Sequence record: NC_048064.1
Strand: one strand, 5' to 3'
From: Escherichia phage LL11
DNA: 45,185 nt
In this document: positions 25,143 to 35,086 of the stretch, in pieces
Numbering within the stretch: position 1 is the stretch's first letter
Layout of the letters: each line of letters begins with the position of its first letter
Notes under the pieces: generated by a model
Told to the model about the DNA's origin: nothing
The model's database searches: none
What the model saw: the letters and a program-made list of their open reading frames with translations, nothing else
Program-made: the position numbers and the translations under genes

Positions 25143-27547
25143 TGGAAGTACAAGGTTCTTTAGGTCGTCAGATTCAAGGTATTAGCCAACAACCAGCAGC
25201 AGTGCGGTTAGACGGTCAATGTACTGATATGGTTAATATGGTTCCAGATGTAGTCAACGGTACAAAATCCCGCATGGGTAGCACTCATATTGCAAAGCTA
25301 ATGGAAGCAGGCAGTGACAATATGGCAACACATCACTATAGAAGAGGGGATGGGGTAGAAGAGTATTTCTTTGTCATGAAGAAAGGTAGCGTGCCAGAAA
25401 TATTTGACAAAGAAGGGCGTAAATGCACTGTGATCTCTCAGGATGCACCTATGGCTTATCTTGCTGAGGTTGTGAATCCGAGAGAAGACGTGCAGTTCAT
25501 GACTATTGCTGATGTAACATTTATGCTTAACAGGCGTAAAGTAGTGAAAGCTCGTAGTGATAAGTCTCCAAGTGTGGGAAACAAGGCTATTGTGTTTTCT
25601 GCCTACGGGCAGTATGGCACTTCGTACACTATCTCTATTAACGGCGAGCAAGCGGCGACCTTCAAAACTCCAGATGGAAGTGACCCTAGTCATGTAGAAC
25701 AGATTCGCACTGAGTACCTAGCCACTAAGCTATATGAGAGTTTACAGACATGGAGTAAAGCGTCACAGTACACCTTGCAAAGAGAAGGCACTAGTATCTA
25801 CATTGAAACTAAAGATGGTAGTGATTTCACTATTACTACCACAGATGGGGCCAAAGGTAAGGACTTGGTTGCCATAAAGAACCGAGTGTCATCTACAGAC
25901 TTACTTCCATCAAGAGCACCAGAAGGGTACAAGGTGCAGGTGTGGCCTACAGGGAGTAAACCAGAATCTCGGTATTGGCTAGAGGCTGTACCTAAAGAAG
26001 GAGGTAACTTAGTTGCTTGGCAAGAAACTATTGCAGCAGATGTGTTACTTGGATTTGATAAAGATACTATGCCCTATGTTATAGAGCGTACAGGTATTGT
26101 AGGAGGTGTGGCACAGTTTAAGATACGACACGGTGATTGGGAAGATCGTAAGGTAGGTGACGACCTGACTAACCCTATGCCTTCTTTCATTGATGAAGAT
26201 GTACCACAGGCGATTGGTGGTATGTTCATGGTGCAGAACCGTCTTTGTGTTACAGCAGGCGAAGCCGTCATAGCAACTAGGACTTCTCACTTCTTTGACT
26301 TCTTCCGCTTCTCCGCAGTGTCTGAGGTGGCAACAGATCCTTTCGATATTTTCTCAGATGCAAGTGAGGTGTACCAGCTTAAACATGCAGTTACTTTAGA
26401 TGGAGCAACGGTATTATTCTCAGACACATCTCAGTTCATACTTCCGGGGGATAAAGTATTAGAGAAGTCTAATGTCATACTCAAGCCTGCTACAACTTTC
26501 GAAGTTGACAACAGGGTGCCACCTGTGGCAACGGGTGAGTCCGTGATGTTTGCTACAAGTGAGGGTGCTTACTCTGGTGTGCGTGAGTTTTATACCGATT
26601 CTTACAGCGACACTAAGAAGGCGCAGGCTGTTACTAGTCATGTTAACAAGTTGATAGAAGGTAATATCACTCATATGGTAGCGAGCACTAATATCAACAG
26701 ATTACTTGTAGTAACAGACAAAGACCCTAATATTGTCTATTGCTACGACTGGTTGTGGCAAGGGACAGATCGTGTACAGTCTGCATGGCATAAGTGGGTG
26801 TGGCCTAAAGATACTTTGATTCGCTCTATGTTCTATTCCTCAGAGATGTTATATCTCATTGTAGAACGAGGTAATACTGGTTTGTATCTAGAGGTTATGG
26901 ATATGGGTGATGCTCTTACTTATGGTTTAGTTGACAGAATTAGACTGGATAGGCAAGCAGAGTTGATCTTCACCTATGATGCTAATACAGACCAGTGGGT
27001 TTCTAATGAGTTGCCTTGGAAGCCTACTGACCCAGCCTTACTTGAGTGTGTGATAATTCAAGGGTGGCCTGCTTATATTGGTGGTTCTTTTCATTTTGAA
27101 TATGATGAAGCCAGTAATAAGCTAATTACAACTTTTGATTTATCAGAAGAAGGCACTAATGCTATAGCTGTCGTAGGGCAGTTGTATCAGCAGGAGTTTG
27201 AGCCAACACAGGTCGTTATTCGAGATAACCAAGATAGAGTGTCCTACATAGATGTGCCAGTGGTAGGCCTAGTTCACCTTAACTTGGATAAATACCCTGA
27301 CTTTGAAGTTCATATCAAGAACTTAAAGAGTGGCAAATTAAGAAAAGCTTTGGCATCTAACAGGAAAAGCGGGGCACTTAATAATGTTGTTGGTTATGTC
27401 AAGCCAGAAGAGGGGTCATTCAAATTTCCACTAAGATCCCTTAGTACAGATACTGTTTATCGTATCATTGTTAACTCCCCTCATACATTCCAACTCAGGG
27501 ATATTGAGTGGGAAGGTTCGTATAACCCAACTAAGAGGAGGGTATAA
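25142..27547 (+). CDS. tail tubular protein B (gp12-like)
   Basis: 801 aa, conserved position and size. Confidence 0.85.
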   Translation: MEVQGSLGRQIQGISQQPAAVRLDGQCTDMVNMVPDVVNGTKSRMGSTHIAKLMEAGSDNMATHHYRRGDGVEEYFFVMKKGSVPEIFDKEGRKCTVISQDAPMAYLAEVVNPREDVQFMTIADVTFMLNRRKVVKARSDKSPSVGNKAIVFSAYGQYGTSYTISINGEQAATFKTPDGSDPSHVEQIRTEYLATKLYESLQTWSKASQYTLQREGTSIYIETKDGSDFTITTTDGAKGKDLVAIKNRVSSTDLLPSRAPEGYKVQVWPTGSKPESRYWLEAVPKEGGNLVAWQETIAADVLLGFDKDTMPYVIERTGIVGGVAQFKIRHGDWEDRKVGDDLTNPMPSFIDEDVPQAIGGMFMVQNRLCVTAGEAVIATRTSHFFDFFRFSAVSEVATDPFDIFSDASEVYQLKHAVTLDGATVLFSDTSQFILPGDKVLEKSNVILKPATTFEVDNRVPPVATGESVMFATSEGAYSGVREFYTDSYSDTKKAQAVTSHVNKLIEGNITHMVASTNINRLLVVTDKDPNIVYCYDWLWQGTDRVQSAWHKWVWPKDTLIRSMFYSSEMLYLIVERGNTGLYLEVMDMGDALTYGLVDRIRLDRQAELIFTYDANTDQWVSNELPWKPTDPALLECVIIQGWPAYIGGSFHFEYDEASNKLITTFDLSEEGTNAIAVVGQLYQQEFEPTQVVIRDNQDRVSYIDVPVVGLVHLNLDKYPDFEVHIKNLKSGKLRKALASNRKSGALNNVVGYVKPEEGSFKFPLRSLSTDTVYRIIVNSPHTFQLRDIEWEGSYNPTKRRV

Positions 27548-28272
27548 TGGCAGTAATGGCAACAGTAGGATCAAGCCTAGCCAGTATGTTCTCCAGTAGT
27601 GCAGGTGCTGCGGCTGCTAGTAGTGCTGCTGGTAGTGCCGCCGCTGGAAGTGGTGGTGTGCTTGGCTCTGTCGGAAGTTTCTTAGGTGGAAGCTCTGCTG
27701 GCTTTTCTAATGCAGGTTTGTTGTCTGCTGGATTACAAGGCTTAAACTTACTAGGCGGCCTATTCGGTGGACGAGATGCCGCTAAGGCTATGCAGAAAGC
27801 ACAAGAAGAAGAGTGGAGACAAAGGCTAGAAGCCACACGTGAAGCCTATTCTTCTGTGGCAAATGCAGAACGGTCTGCTGCAAAGCAATATCATTCTGAC
27901 TTCCTTAATAATCAAATTTCACTGATGCAGCAACGAGCGCAAGTTGCAGTAATGGCAGGTGCTACTGGAACAGGTGGTAGCTCCATCACATCCATGCTCA
28001 ATGATTTGACGGCAGAAGGTGGTCGTAATCAGTCAACCATTATAGATAATTATGAGAATCAGCAAATCAACTTTGCCAACCAGTTGAAGTCTATTCAACG
28101 CAGTGGACAGATGCAGATGCGAACGTTTGACAAACCTTCAGCTTTGGGTACTTTGGTGAAAGGTATACCAAGCCTTGCATCTTCCTATGTCACCGGAAGT
28201 AAAGTAGGTATGGCGCTTGGCAAGGCTATCACTGAGTCTCGTACTTATTCATCAGGAACTAGAGGAGTTTAA
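27547..28272 (+). CDS. internal virion protein A (Gly/Ala/Ser-rich)
   Basis: 241 aa with low-complexity N-terminal region; position after the tail tube genes. Confidence 0.7.
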   Translation: MAVMATVGSSLASMFSSSAGAAAASSAAGSAAAGSGGVLGSVGSFLGGSSAGFSNAGLLSAGLQGLNLLGGLFGGRDAAKAMQKAQEEEWRQRLEATREAYSSVANAERSAAKQYHSDFLNNQISLMQQRAQVAVMAGATGTGGSSITSMLNDLTAEGGRNQSTIIDNYENQQINFANQLKSIQRSGQMQMRTFDKPSALGTLVKGIPSLASSYVTGSKVGMALGKAITESRTYSSGTRGV

Positions 28273-31215
28273 ATGGCAATTGAACGTCAAGCTGTACAAG
28301 GTTTAGAAAGAGTACAGTCAAGGGTCGCGCCAACACCTATGTCTTTCACACCACGACAAGTGAGTATCTCAGGGGGCGCTGATGCCTCCGGTAGTAGATT
28401 TTTGGAAGACTTAGTAAACGCCGCAAGTAGTGTGGCTGATGTCACTACTGCTATCCTTAATCAGCAAGTAGAAGACGATAAGGTTCGCCAGATGGATAGG
28501 GCTTTGTCTGGCATGATGCCTTCTGAGGATGCCACGGTAGGCGGTGCTCGTGCTCATATGCTGGTTAGTTTACAAAATGATGTAATCTCACAGACAACTG
28601 CGCTACAAGCAGAAGCACAGCGATTTCAAGGTAGTGACGAGGATTGGGAAAACTATGTAGTTCAATCTCGTAATGAGGTACAAAATAGGTTATGGCAAAG
28701 TTATCCAGAGCTTCGTGGTGACAAAGATTCTATGAGGCTTGTCACTAACGCGTTCATGGAGCAGCAACCTAGAATTACTGCAACTAGAGCAGAGGCTAAA
28801 CTTCGTCAAGAAGAAGAAGCACGAATGCAATCTATGCAGTCTCGTATTATCATGGCTACAAGGGACGTAGCGCCAGATGCCACTGGTGCAGCTCTTATCC
28901 AGCTACAAAAAGAAGCACTGGCGATGGGTCTTAGTAAACCTGAGTTTGATCAAATGGTTGCTAAGATTGCATCTGAAAGAGCGGCAGTAGGAGATGATAG
29001 TCTTATTCAGGGAACCAAGGCATTGGTGGATGATAAGGGTGTCTCTTTGTATGACCGTGTTGGTGCTTTGCAAACTGGAGAAATTCAAGCTAACAGAACT
29101 TGGGCTGCTCAGAATCAGGTTGCCCTCTTCGAGAAGAAAGATGCAGCTATAAAGGCATTCGATGCAGGGCAACTTACTCGCGAAGAGTTACTTCAGGTGA
29201 TGCAGAATCACAATGAATTGACTGGTGGCACTGCTTGGTCTGATAGCGAGATCAAGGCTATCTTCGATAGGCAAGCTAAGGTTAATGCAGAGAAAGCAAA
29301 GCTAGAAGATCTTATTGCACGAGGTGAATCTGGGTCACCTTTAGGCTTACAGGACATTAGTAAGGATGACAGAAAGACATATGCTGAAGCCTTAGTTAGT
29401 ACCTACACTAAGCTGGCAGAAGATGAAATTGCCCGTACTGGTGCAACGGGAGAACAGGCTGAAGCTATTCGCGGTAGGTATGAGCAGATGCGTTATCTTA
29501 AATTGGGTCAACAGCTTATTGAAGACCCGATCATTAAGGAAAGGTATTCGTCGCTTATGCAGCTATCCTCTGCCAACCTCAAGGATATGAATGTTGAACC
29601 TGAAGCACTGCAAACTATCATGCGAGCACGTGATTCTATTCCAGAGGATGCACGTCGTGCTGTTATGGGAGACAAAGAATATGCCTTTGTTGAGAACTAT
29701 GACTTAGCAACTCGCATGGGGTATAACACAGGTCAAGCTATTGAGTTTGCACAGAATGCCTCTCGCGGCGAGAAATTACAAGGTTCTGTGCTCAAAGAAC
29801 TTAATGATGATGTAGATGGAGTAGTTAGTGACATTGCAGGAGGCAGCTGGCTCACTTTTGGTGATAACATGAGTGAAATGGGACGTGACATTATGATGGA
29901 GGAGGCAAGTACAATTGCTAGAGCAATGAAGGTTGCAGGCCATAATAATGACACTATTAAGCGTCACCTTAAATCCTACCTTACAAGCCAGTATACACAA
30001 TTATCAGAAGGTTTCTTTACTCAAGGTGTTCTTGTAAAAGGAGACATTCGTACGTTAGGAGATACTATAGGAGTAAACCAAGGAGACGTCCCAATTACTC
30101 TCCGTCAGTACCTAGATAATAACAAACAAGCCCTGCTAGATGCATCAGGTGGGTTAGAGGAAGGCGACCTATATTTTGATGTAGATGCGAAGCGCGGCCT
30201 CTTTACTATACGTGCAGGCTCTGGTCGTGTGCCTGTTACACAGGCAATGCCTTTGTCTGAAATCAAAGGGCAATCCTTGCTTAAGCAACGGTATGATGCA
30301 GAGGTTAAAGCACGTGATGAAGGGCGTAAGAACTTTGAAGCACAACAAATGCGAATGTGGGGCGCAGGTGGCTACCAAGCACAACCACCTGCAAAGACTA
30401 CAGCCAAAACTGTAGGCTCACGTGGGATTGCTGACTTCTTAATGTCACCTGCCTTTGCATCAGGCGAGAATCTACCAGCAAACTTTGAGTTCGGATATAA
30501 GAGAAATAATATGGACTTCTACAATTATGTAGCCAAGATGGAGAATAATGCCAATGTAGGTTTTGACCGAGTAGCTGGTGTTTATACACCATACAAAGAT
30601 GCACATGGTCAGTCTGTAGGGTACGGTCACTTCCTTACTACTGAAGAGAAGAAGAACGGATACATTATGATTGGTACAGAGAAAGTGCCATTCACTCCGG
30701 GACAATCTCAATTAACACCAGAACGAGCCATGCGCCTTCTACAGCAAGACTTGAAGGGTCATGTGCCAAGTACTTCAGGATGGGCTGTTCCCTTCGAAGA
30801 GATGCACCCAGGTGTTCAGCGTGGCCTTATGGACTTGTCCTATAATTTAGGAAAAAGCGGGATCCAGAATGCTCCTAAGGCATACGCTGCATTTAAGGCT
30901 GGCAAGTTTACTGATGGCTTCATCGAGATGCTATCTACTGCATCTACTGAAGGCAAGCGCAGCACTGGATTGTTAGTTCGTAGGGCGGAAGCTTATAACC
31001 TTGCACAGAGTGGTGGTGCTATCCCTAAGATTAGTGAAGTGGAGACACGAGCAGATGGATCTATGTATGTGAAGTTTGCAGGACAGATGTCAGAGGCTTT
31101 CGTAAATAAATCAATCTACAATCAGATTGGTAAGGATGGGTGGATGCAAGTGTATCCTCCAAAGCAAGGTGCACTTGCACCTGACACTCAGATTGGTAGA
31201 ATCAAACTGAGCTAG
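28273..31215 (+). CDS. internal virion protein B with C-terminal lysozyme-like (muramidase) domain
   Basis: 980 aa; C-terminal region VGYGHFLTTEEKKNGY ... GLMDLSYNLG has the look of a GH24 lysozyme-type domain. Confidence 0.75.
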   Translation: MAIERQAVQGLERVQSRVAPTPMSFTPRQVSISGGADASGSRFLEDLVNAASSVADVTTAILNQQVEDDKVRQMDRALSGMMPSEDATVGGARAHMLVSLQNDVISQTTALQAEAQRFQGSDEDWENYVVQSRNEVQNRLWQSYPELRGDKDSMRLVTNAFMEQQPRITATRAEAKLRQEEEARMQSMQSRIIMATRDVAPDATGAALIQLQKEALAMGLSKPEFDQMVAKIASERAAVGDDSLIQGTKALVDDKGVSLYDRVGALQTGEIQANRTWAAQNQVALFEKKDAAIKAFDAGQLTREELLQVMQNHNELTGGTAWSDSEIKAIFDRQAKVNAEKAKLEDLIARGESGSPLGLQDISKDDRKTYAEALVSTYTKLAEDEIARTGATGEQAEAIRGRYEQMRYLKLGQQLIEDPIIKERYSSLMQLSSANLKDMNVEPEALQTIMRARDSIPEDARRAVMGDKEYAFVENYDLATRMGYNTGQAIEFAQNASRGEKLQGSVLKELNDDVDGVVSDIAGGSWLTFGDNMSEMGRDIMMEEASTIARAMKVAGHNNDTIKRHLKSYLTSQYTQLSEGFFTQGVLVKGDIRTLGDTIGVNQGDVPITLRQYLDNNKQALLDASGGLEEGDLYFDVDAKRGLFTIRAGSGRVPVTQAMPLSEIKGQSLLKQRYDAEVKARDEGRKNFEAQQMRMWGAGGYQAQPPAKTTAKTVGSRGIADFLMSPAFASGENLPANFEFGYKRNNMDFYNYVAKMENNANVGFDRVAGVYTPYKDAHGQSVGYGHFLTTEEKKNGYIMIGTEKVPFTPGQSQLTPERAMRLLQQDLKGHVPSTSGWAVPFEEMHPGVQRGLMDLSYNLGKSGIQNAPKAYAAFKAGKFTDGFIEMLSTASTEGKRSTGLLVRRAEAYNLAQSGGAIPKISEVETRADGSMYVKFAGQMSEAFVNKSIYNQIGKDGWMQVYPPKQGALAPDTQIGRIKLS

Positions 31216-31216
31216 T

Positions 31217-31260
31217 GTTATACTCAAGGTTTGTCTCACATGTGAGACATGCCTTTATGA
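31217..31260 (+). promoter_or_regulatory. conserved stop-adjacent element GTTATACTCAAGGT-hairpin-GCCTTTATGAAT (copy 2)
   Basis: Same flanking boxes as 13257-13297; here the hairpin is the palindrome TGTCTCACATGTGAGACA (31232-31249, family copy 6). Confidence 0.5.
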
Positions 31261-31282
31261 ATGACATTAATTAGGAGGTAAC

Positions 31283-34200
31283 ATGGTTGATAGTATTAAC
31301 CAAAATTGGGTGGCGGTGACTCAACGCAAGTTACCGCCTACCTTCTCTCAAGTTGCTGAAGCAGAGCGTAAGGCCGAAGTACAGAGAGCTAATGACAAAG
31401 TATTCCAAACAGCCATAGAGAGTGAGTGGGCTTTGTATGGTGGACAACGTGCCTATGAACGCCACACTACAGAGTTTGCTGAACAAGAAGGTTATGAAGT
31501 ACCTGAATCAACTAAGGATGAACTATCCAAGTTGTATGGGTATGAAATAGCGCAAGACATAGTCAAGAATGTGAAGTCTCCAGAAGAGTTGCAATTCCGT
31601 ATGTCTAATGCTGCTGCGGATAAAGACAGAGCAGACATCTTAGCACGTAATGGTTTCACAGGTTTCAGCGCACAGATTGCTGCTGGTATTCTTGACCCTG
31701 TAGGTTGGGCGGCTTCTCTAGTAGCTGCACCTGTAGCTGGTGCTGTCAAAGTAGGTCGTCTAGGTAGGATTATCAAGACGGCTGCCTTATCTGGTGCTGA
31801 AAATGCTGCATTAGAAGCTGTGCTTGCACAAGGTGATTACCAGCGAGGTGTCGATGATGTACTGGCTGCTGCCGGGTTTGGTATGATTATGGGCGGTACT
31901 ATTGGCGCTGCAACTAGGGAACGCATAGCCAGTGCTGGTTCTCGTACAGCGGCAGAGAGAGCAGAGGCTGTATTTGATGACTTGGACACCGTAGTAAAAG
32001 GTGCTGATGAGTTTGACTCGTCTGCTGCTCGTGCTGTACGTGAGGCCATGGAGTATGACGCGTATATGGCAGCACGTAATTATGAACCACTTCGTGCAAG
32101 AGAGGTGGATGCAGATATGGCAATTCTATCTCACACAGACAACTTGAAAGCCAATGCGTCGGTAAGGATGAGTGCTAGTGAGAAAGGACTACTGAAGAAA
32201 CAGATACGCCAACTGGAAGCAGAAGCAGCCACACTTAAGGGGAAGAAGATAGATGCTGTAGCAGAGGCTGCCGCCGCTAAGGGTGCACCTAAATCTGCTG
32301 CGGACAGATTGGATTTAGATGTTCAGAAGAAAGCACTGGCACGTAGATTCGATGAACCACTTGCTGATTTACAAGCGCGTCTTGATGAGTTGAATGCCAA
32401 GTTATCTCGTGCGAACAATGTAGGTAAGGCTAAGGAGGAGCTTAAGAGATTCTCATCGCTGTCCCGTGAAGATCAAATAAAGGAACTAGGTTTAGACGCA
32501 CCAATGCGTAAGGTGGAGATGACCCGTGCTGTACGAGATGCAGTAGCTGCAATCCGTGCCGAACGTAAGAAGACACCTACCGAGATACATGCTGAACAAG
32601 CTGCAGAAGAGGTAATCAAGCAAAAGGCAGATGACTCTATTGGTGCTAAACGTGTTGAAGGTTCAGAGATTGCAGGCGAGCAGTTTGACTTATCTAAAAA
32701 CATGGAAGAACTTATGGATGACTTGGCACGAGAAGCATATCAGTCAGAGGTGCGGCCTATTAATCTTAAGGGTCTAGGTTCAGTGTCTTCTGTGATTCTT
32801 AACTCAGAGAATCCTGTGTTCCGAGGTCTAGGTCTTCGTCTGCTTGAAAATGCTCAAGGTGGTGCATACCAAGGTAAGACAGCTGCTATCTTATCAGATG
32901 TGTATGGCAACCTTATTCGTCATGCAGAACGTAACAGGTACAATGATGGTTTCTCTCAATTCATCAAAGATAACAACCTACGTGCGGTAGATTATCTTAA
33001 CCCTGCAACGACACGGGATTTCAATAATCAGATTTATACAGCAATTGTTCGTGGCATACCAGAAGATACACCTCGTGGTGTTAAACTGGCAGCAGAAGGT
33101 ATCGCTGATAAACTCAAGAAAGCACTTGAGATTCGTAAGCAAGCAGGAGAGCATGGATTCGAAGATATACAATCTGCTAAGGATTACATCCCTGTTATCT
33201 ATGACGGTATCAAGGTTACTGAGGCAGTTAACAAATTGGGGAGTAGTGAGGCTGTTATTCACTTACTATCCAAAGGCTACCAGACAGGTAAGTACAAACT
33301 TGGCAAGAAAGCTGCGGATGCCCTAGCAAAAGTACAGTACATTCGTGCATCGGACTCCACCCTCTCTAGTCGTGTTGCATTCGATAGGGTGGTATCCCAG
33401 CAGCAGCAGGCTCAATTGATTGAGGATCTGAAGAAAGCAGGGGTACCAGACCATATCATTGATAATTTCATTGAAGGTACTGAATTAGCAGAAATGGCTG
33501 AATCGGTATCCAATCGAGCTAAAGCTAGTATGGGTATTAATACGCAAGCCGAATATGGCGGTTTGAAGGTGCAGGATTTGCTTAATACAAACGTAGGGGA
33601 GCTAGCGGAGAACTACGGCAAAGAGGCAGCGGGTGGTGCTGCATTGGCTGCTATGGGTTTCCCTACTCGCCAATCTGTGCTGAACGCAATAGATGCCGCA
33701 GAACGCGCAGGCCGCAATATGGCGGGGTCAAATGCTAAGGCAATCAAACAGCTTAGGTCTGAGGCAGAAATGCTCAGAGATGCCGTTAAGTTAATTTACG
33801 GCAACACTATTGACGCCGACCCTAACTCTGGAATTGTCAGGGGTACTCGACGTGTCCGTGAGATTACAGGGTTGTTACGATTAGGCCAAATGGGCTTCGC
33901 TCAGATACCTGAACTGGCACGTGCAATCTCTAAGATGGGACTAGGGACTGTGCTGAAGTCTGTACCTGCCACTAAGTTCTTACGTTCGAGAGCGGCTCGT
34001 AAAGGTGGCACTGCTCAGGGTGAGTTGCTTGAACCTGAACTGCGAGAAATGGAGGAACTCTTAGGTTATATCGGGGAAGATAACTGGCTCACAGGGTGGA
34101 ATGTCCGTCATGATGAGTTCGGAGAAACTGCGGATAACCTAGGTAAGCTGTCTGCTATTATTGATAACGGATTAGCTATGGGTAGTAGAATCAACACAAT

Positions 34201-35086
34201 ACTATCTGGTTTTAAAGCAGTACAAGGTGGCTCAGAGAAGATTATAGCTCGCTCTATCAATAAGCGACTAAAGCAACATTTGATGGGGGAGCGACAGTTA
34301 CCCAAAGCAGATCTTGAAGAAGTTGGCCTAAGTGAAGATGTCATGAAGAGACTTAAGCGTCACTTTGATGATAACCCAATGTACGCTGATTACAAAGGTG
34401 AAAAAGTTCGTATGATGAACTTTGATGCTATGGAGCCAGACCTGAGAGAGACAGTGGGTGTTGCTGTGCGAAGAATGTCAGGACGTCTTATTCAGCGTAA
34501 CTTCATAGGAGATGAAGGTATCTGGATGAATAAATGGTGGGGCAAGGCATTGACCCAGTTTAAGTCATTCTCTATTGTCTCTATTGAGAAACAGCTAATC
34601 CATGATTTACGAGGAGATAAGATTCAGGCTGCACAGATCCTTGCATGGTCTACCTTACTAGGCTATGTATCTTATGCACTACAGATGCAGATGCAAGCAA
34701 TTGGTAGGGAGGATAGAGACAAGTTCTTGAGGGATAAGTTCGAGACACAGAATATCGCTATGGGTGTCTTTAATAAACTCCCACAAGTTGCAGGCTTCGG
34801 TCTTGCTGGTGATGCTTTGGCAACATTTGGCCTAATGCCAGACTCTATGATGCAAGCGCCTGGACGTATGGGGTTCCGTCAGCAAGGGTTTGGTGATTTG
34901 GTAGCAGGTGCTGGTGTAATCAGTGATACAGTTAATTTGTCACAAGCACTAGTTAAGTATGCCAACGGAGATGATGATGTCTCTACTCGGCAGTTGGTGG
35001 ACAAGGTTCGTCGCCTTGTTCCTTTGGCAAATACTATTGGTGTAGGTCAGATGACTAAAGCCAGTGTAGACTTATTGGAGGATTGA
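31283..35086 (+). CDS. internal virion protein C (gp16-like, ejection protein)
   Basis: 1267 aa, largest gene, conserved position before the tail-fibre genes. Confidence 0.8.
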   Translation: MVDSINQNWVAVTQRKLPPTFSQVAEAERKAEVQRANDKVFQTAIESEWALYGGQRAYERHTTEFAEQEGYEVPESTKDELSKLYGYEIAQDIVKNVKSPEELQFRMSNAAADKDRADILARNGFTGFSAQIAAGILDPVGWAASLVAAPVAGAVKVGRLGRIIKTAALSGAENAALEAVLAQGDYQRGVDDVLAAAGFGMIMGGTIGAATRERIASAGSRTAAERAEAVFDDLDTVVKGADEFDSSAARAVREAMEYDAYMAARNYEPLRAREVDADMAILSHTDNLKANASVRMSASEKGLLKKQIRQLEAEAATLKGKKIDAVAEAAAAKGAPKSAADRLDLDVQKKALARRFDEPLADLQARLDELNAKLSRANNVGKAKEELKRFSSLSREDQIKELGLDAPMRKVEMTRAVRDAVAAIRAERKKTPTEIHAEQAAEEVIKQKADDSIGAKRVEGSEIAGEQFDLSKNMEELMDDLAREAYQSEVRPINLKGLGSVSSVILNSENPVFRGLGLRLLENAQGGAYQGKTAAILSDVYGNLIRHAERNRYNDGFSQFIKDNNLRAVDYLNPATTRDFNNQIYTAIVRGIPEDTPRGVKLAAEGIADKLKKALEIRKQAGEHGFEDIQSAKDYIPVIYDGIKVTEAVNKLGSSEAVIHLLSKGYQTGKYKLGKKAADALAKVQYIRASDSTLSSRVAFDRVVSQQQQAQLIEDLKKAGVPDHIIDNFIEGTELAEMAESVSNRAKASMGINTQAEYGGLKVQDLLNTNVGELAENYGKEAAGGAALAAMGFPTRQSVLNAIDAAERAGRNMAGSNAKAIKQLRSEAEMLRDAVKLIYGNTIDADPNSGIVRGTRRVREITGLLRLGQMGFAQIPELARAISKMGLGTVLKSVPATKFLRSRAARKGGTAQGELLEPELREMEELLGYIGEDNWLTGWNVRHDEFGETADNLGKLSAIIDNGLAMGSRINTILSGFKAVQGGSEKIIARSINKRLKQHLMGERQLPKADLEEVGLSEDVMKRLKRHFDDNPMYADYKGEKVRMMNFDAMEPDLRETVGVAVRRMSGRLIQRNFIGDEGIWMNKWWGKALTQFKSFSIVSIEKQLIHDLRGDKIQAAQILAWSTLLGYVSYALQMQMQAIGREDRDKFLRDKFETQNIAMGVFNKLPQVAGFGLAGDALATFGLMPDSMMQAPGRMGFRQQGFGDLVAGAGVISDTVNLSQALVKYANGDDDVSTRQLVDKVRRLVPLANTIGVGQMTKASVDLLED

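Noticed and set aside
25327-25349. Promoter-like sequence CAACACATCACTATAGAAGAGGG inside the tail tube B gene
   Set aside because: Differs from the consensus at -10 and -9 and lacks the ATTTA upstream block; probably non-functional
30055-30075. GATACTATAGG inside internal virion protein B, and CAGCACTATAGCG inside the RNAP gene (about 4866)
   Set aside because: Only the TATAG core matches; no upstream specificity region; judged chance occurrences
5943-31249. Possibility that the repeated palindromes are a CRISPR array or a mobile element
   Set aside because: Copies are dispersed over 25 kb with irregular spacing and no spacer-like units, and no transposase or integrase is present
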